A DNA stretch of 23,866 nt from Gemmatimonadales bacterium (GTDB lineage: Bacteria > Gemmatimonadota > Gemmatimonadetes > Gemmatimonadales > GWC2-71-9), in assembly GCA_038321865.1 (NCBI GenBank), contig JBBQFH010000035.1, positions 1 through 23,866 of the forward strand, read 5' to 3'. The notes under the pieces are model-generated. The model ran no database searches and was not told where the DNA came from. It saw nothing but the letters and a program-made list of their open reading frames with translations. Positions 20,294-23,866 of the stretch are shown here, piece after piece; the stretch's first letter is position 1; every line of letters starts with the position of its first letter. The position numbers and the translations under genes were made by a program.

Positions 20294-22672
20294 TCATGGC
20301 CACAGCCGCAGCCCCGCTCTCCGCAGGATGGCCGCGAATCCCGGGTTCCCGTGTAGCGGCCTGAATCTCCAGTTGCGGTTGATCTGCGCCATGTTGGCCG
20401 CCTCCGCATCGAGCCCGCGTCCGAGCCACTCCAGTGTTCGGGCGGTATCCCCCAGCGCGAGGTAGACTCCTGCGACGTTGTCCTCGCGGACATAGCTCGA
20501 GCCGGCGGCGGCGAGGGCCGCCGCGAGCTCGCGGCGCGCCGCCGCCGAATCGCCGGTGCGCGCCAGCGCCTCGGCGAAGAACATCATCTGGACCGGCGTC
20601 GTCGGCGGGCGCGCTTTCCACTCTGCGACGACCTCCGCGGATCGGCCCTGCTGCATCAGCAGCGCCTCGGTGCAGGTGTCCGGTGCTGATCGGTTCAGCA
20701 CCTGGCAAAGGGCCGTCGCGCTGTCCACCGGCCCGGCATTGCTGAAGACCGTGATTGCCGCATTGAGCGGTGCGAACGCGTACGGATTGTGCCGCCGGGC
20801 CCGGCGCAGCATGCCGAGCGCCGAATCGTCCATGCCGCGGCTATGCAGCAGCCACGCATAGTCCCCCACGAGTGGAGTCGTGCTGTCCAGCGCCGCCGCC
20901 GTCTGGTACTCCTTCTCGGCGGCAGGGAAATCCAGGAGGTAGGCGCTGAGCAGGCTGCCCTTGAGCGCGTGTGCCCAGGCCGATGTCGGATCGAGCGCCA
21001 GCGCCTTCTCGATCGCCGCCCGCATCGGCGGCACGGTCGCGCGCGGGGCCAGGTAGGTATCGGCGAGAAAGAACCAAGCCTGGGCGATCCCGTTCCACGG
21101 GTCGGCGTAGGTCGAATCGAGGGCCGCAGCGCGTTCGAACAACGCGATCGCCTGATGGAGGCCGGCCTCGGAGTTCTGGTCGGTCAGGAACTGGCCGCGG
21201 AGGACGAGATCGTGCGCCTCGGGGTTCGCCGTGCGGTGCGCCGCGAGCGCCGCATCCTCCCGCCGATCGAGACCGACGCCGAGCGCCGACGCAATCGCCT
21301 TTGCCGCCGAGTCCTGCAGGGCGTAAAGGTCCTTCTCGGTCACGTCGTATCGCTGGCTCCAGAGCACCGCCTCGTCCGCGACGTTTACCAGCGACACCGT
21401 CACCCGGAGCCGGCCGTCGACCTTGCCGACCGTGCCCTCCACCATCGCATCGGCGGTGAGTGCGGTTCCGGCCTCCCGCGCCGTCTTCCCGCGGAGCGCG
21501 AACGCCGAGCTCCGCGAGACGACGTGCAGGTCCTTCATGCCGGCGAGCGCGGTCGTCAGGTCGGTCGCCATGCCGTCGCCGAGGTAGGCGTCGGAGGTGT
21601 CGCGGCTGCGTGACTCGAAGGGCAGCACGCCGACGCGCCTGGCGATCGCGGCCGCCGGCGCCGCCGCCGATCCCGCGGCGACGGTGTGGCGGGTCACGCG
21701 CCAGGCACCATACCCGAGCAGGAGCACCAGGAGGCCGAGCCCCGCAGCGCCGATGATCCGCCGGGACCGAGGTGGCGCTGCGGCGGCGACCGGCCTCGTC
21801 GCCGTGGGCGTCATGCCGCCACTGGGCGTCAGCACCGCTTCGAGCTGGGGGATCAGTTCCTCCGCGCTCTGCGGGCGGTCGGCCGGCCGCTTCTCGAGGC
21901 AGCGCATCACCAGCGCCGCCAGCGCCGCCGGCATGCTCCGGTGCGCCGTGACCGGCTCGGCCGCGGTGGTGACGTGCGCGGCCAGTACCTGCTGCGGGTT
22001 CATGCCGGTGAACGGCGGGCGCCCGGCCAGCAGCTCGTACGCCACCACCCCGAAGGCGTAGAGATCGGCGCGGTGATCCACGTGAGGATCGGCGACGGCT
22101 TGTTCCGGCGCCATGTAGGTCGGCGTGCCGAGCGCGATCCCGACCGTGGTGAGCGACTGCCGTCCCGTCGCGTCGCTCAGCGCCTTGGCCACACCGAAAT
22201 CCATGACCAGCGCATGCCGGCCGCGGATCATCACGTTCTCGGGCTTGAGATCGCGATGGACGACCCCGTGGCGATGGGCTTCGGTGAGCGCGTCGGCGAT
22301 GTCGCGGAGACTGCGCACCGCGTCGCCGATCGGCAGCTCACCCTCCTTCACCAGCTTGTCGCGGAGCGACAGCCCGTCCACATACGGCATCACGTAGAAG
22401 AGCAGCCCGTCGGCGGCGCCGGAGTCGTAGAGCGGCAGGATGTGGGGATGCTGCAGCGCCGCCGCGACCTTGATCTCGCGAAGAAAGCGCTCCTTCCCGA
22501 GCGAGGCCGATAGCTCCTCGCGCAGCACCTTCACCGCGACCTGCCGGTCGTGCTTCAGGTCCTGGGCGAGGTACACCGTCGCCATGCCGCCGGCACCCAG
22601 CTCGCGCTCGATGCGGTAGCGGTCGGCCAGCGCTGCGGCGAGCCGGGCACGAGGGTCGGTCTCAGCGGTCAC
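20294..22672 (-). CDS. Membrane Ser/Thr kinase with TolB-N-like domain and TPRs (kinase 4)
   Basis: GAGGMA, VAVK, HRDLKPEN, DFG, GTPTYMAPEQ. TM IIGAAGLGLLVLLLGYGAW, then VGVLPF..YLGDGMATDL and TPRs. Start is GTG 22672 by analogy to the paralog lengths (alternative ATG 22711). Confidence 0.92.
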   Translation of the reverse strand: MTAETDPRARLAAALADRYRIERELGAGGMATVYLAQDLKHDRQVAVKVLREELSASLGKERFLREIKVAAALQHPHILPLYDSGAADGLLFYVMPYVDGLSLRDKLVKEGELPIGDAVRSLRDIADALTEAHRHGVVHRDLKPENVMIRGRHALVMDFGVAKALSDATGRQSLTTVGIALGTPTYMAPEQAVADPHVDHRADLYAFGVVAYELLAGRPPFTGMNPQQVLAAHVTTAAEPVTAHRSMPAALAALVMRCLEKRPADRPQSAEELIPQLEAVLTPSGGMTPTATRPVAAAAPPRSRRIIGAAGLGLLVLLLGYGAWRVTRHTVAAGSAAAPAAAIARRVGVLPFESRSRDTSDAYLGDGMATDLTTALAGMKDLHVVSRSSAFALRGKTAREAGTALTADAMVEGTVGKVDGRLRVTVSLVNVADEAVLWSQRYDVTEKDLYALQDSAAKAIASALGVGLDRREDAALAAHRTANPEAHDLVLRGQFLTDQNSEAGLHQAIALFERAAALDSTYADPWNGIAQAWFFLADTYLAPRATVPPMRAAIEKALALDPTSAWAHALKGSLLSAYLLDFPAAEKEYQTAAALDSTTPLVGDYAWLLHSRGMDDSALGMLRRARRHNPYAFAPLNAAITVFSNAGPVDSATALCQVLNRSAPDTCTEALLMQQGRSAEVVAEWKARPPTTPVQMMFFAEALARTGDSAAARRELAAALAAAGSSYVREDNVAGVYLALGDTARTLEWLGRGLDAEAANMAQINRNWRFRPLHGNPGFAAILRRAGLRLWP

Positions 22673-22800
22673 ATTGACGGTTCTCTTTGGGGGGGATACG
22701 ACCGGAAGCATACCGCCGCCGGTTGAGCCCGGCCAGTAGCCGGTGCGCCTGCTAACCGACCGAAAGCGCGTGGCGGAACACGAGCGCGTGGCGTCGCACG

Positions 22801-23172
22801 TCAGACATGCTGGTCCACCAGAATCGTATTGCCGTCAGGATCGGTCACCATGAAGCTGGCCGGACCGGTGCCGCTCTCGTCGGCCTCGGTCGCGAACGCC
22901 ACACCAGCCGCCTTGAGCTCGCGCTGCAGCTCGCGGACGTCGGTGAAGCCGGGGACGGGCTGGGCGTTCTGGTCCCAGCCCGGGTTGAATGTCAGAATAT
23001 TCCCGGTGAACATCCCCTGGAAGAGCCCGATGATGTGGTCGCCGTTCTTCAGGATCAGCCACTTCTGCGCGGCAACGCCGGCGAAGCTCGTGAAGCCAAG
23101 CTTTTCATAGAACTGCCGGGAGGCCTCCAGATCCTTCACCGCGAGACTGACCGAGAATGCGCCGAGCTGCAT
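22801..23172 (-). CDS. VOC (glyoxalase/bleomycin resistance) family protein
   Basis: FSVSLAVKDLEASRQFYEKLGF...FMVTDPDGNTILVDQH. GGAGGAG RBS before ATG 23172. Confidence 0.9.
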   Translation of the reverse strand: MQLGAFSVSLAVKDLEASRQFYEKLGFTSFAGVAAQKWLILKNGDHIIGLFQGMFTGNILTFNPGWDQNAQPVPGFTDVRELQRELKAAGVAFATEADESGTGPASFMVTDPDGNTILVDQHV

Positions 23173-23204
23173 GAGCTCCTCCGTCGGTGGTGGGAAAAAC
23201 GGCG

Positions 23205-23864
23205 TTACGCGAGTTCCACCCAAAGGGCGGCGACGAGCGCGTCCACGTCCTGCTCGGTGTTGAACAGATGCGTCGACACCCGGATGCCGTTGAGCCAGTT
23301 CTTCGGCACCACCTTCAGCTCGATCTGGTGCCGTCCGAGCATCAGCTGGTGGAACGCGCGGCTGTCGATGGCGTCGGGCAGCGTGAACGTCAGCAGCGCC
23401 GATGCGAGGGGGCCGGGAGGCGCGCTCACGACGCGGAGCTTCGGGGCGTCCTGGAGTGCCGCATACAAGCGGTTTCTGAGGGCGAGGTTGTGGATCCGGA
23501 TCTGGTCGATGCCGATCGCCGACAGGTATCCGACCGCCGCCCCGAGCCCGAGCACGCTCGGAATGCTCGACACGCCGGTCCCGTCGGTGTAGGCGGCGTG
23601 GCCCGCCGCGAGCGACAAGATGTCGATCCGGGTGCCCAACTCCTCGCTGAGATAGAGCAGGCCGGTTCCCTTCGGCCCCAATATCCATTTGTGGCCGCTC
23701 GTCGCGTAGACGTGACAGCCGAGCGCCTTGACGTCCACCGGGGCGGCGCCGGCGGCCTGGGCACCATCCACGATGGCGAGACATCCGTGCGAACGGGCGA
23801 GCGCCGACAGCTCCGAGACCGGCAGGTACAGGCCGGTGGAGCTGAGCAGATGCGAAAACGACAG
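23205..23864 (-). CDS. Class V PLP-dependent aminotransferase-fold enzyme (cysteine desulfurase / isopenicillin N epimerase-like), 5'-truncated
   Basis: The frame is open to the window edge: LSFSHLLSSTGLYLPV..IVDGAQAAG..YATSGHKWILGPKGTG (PLP lysine)..IRVSTHLFN. Confidence 0.88.
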   Translation of the reverse strand: MSFSHLLSSTGLYLPVSELSALARSHGCLAIVDGAQAAGAAPVDVKALGCHVYATSGHKWILGPKGTGLLYLSEELGTRIDILSLAAGHAAYTDGTGVSSIPSVLGLGAAVGYLSAIGIDQIRIHNLALRNRLYAALQDAPKLRVVSAPPGPLASALLTFTLPDAIDSRAFHQLMLGRHQIELKVVPKNWLNGIRVSTHLFNTEQDVDALVAALWVELA

Positions 23865-23866
23865 CA

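Noticed and set aside
22765..22793. Direct repeat AGCGCGTGGCG x2
   Set aside because: Only two 11-bp copies with a 7-nt spacer. It is not a CRISPR array and is plausibly chance or a micro-duplication.
23173..23784. Extension of the VOC ORF to 327 aa
   Set aside because: It is an alternative frame over the aminotransferase. A strong RBS precedes ATG 23172.

Overview
This is a high-GC bacterial chromosomal segment. The kinase style (N-terminal 'RLxxALxDRYRIERELGAGGMATVYLAQDxKHDRxVAxKVL') suggests Gemmatimonadota, by inference only. It carries 15 CDSs and no rRNA, tRNA, CRISPR array or mobile element that I can support. Left to right: a truncated HNH endonuclease, a bidirectional terminator, a Tat-exported amidase, an exported RNase Z/AtsA-type metallo-beta-lactamase-fold hydrolase and a CocE/NonD hydrolase. 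Next is a two-gene operon (HEAT-repeat protein plus HD-GYP phosphodiesterase) behind a sigma-54-like promoter; the two proteins appear to share a homologous ~130-aa N-terminal 'YxxGHP' domain. A DUF2911 lipoprotein follows, then three translationally coupled membrane Ser/Thr kinases with different C-terminal modules, the middle one broken by a single in-frame TAG. The right end holds an alpha/beta hydrolase, a small membrane protein, an amidohydrolase, a fourth kinase, a VOC protein and a truncated class V aminotransferase. The best candidates for undescribed biology are the HEAT/HD-GYP pair and the constant-kinase/variable-sensor receptor array.
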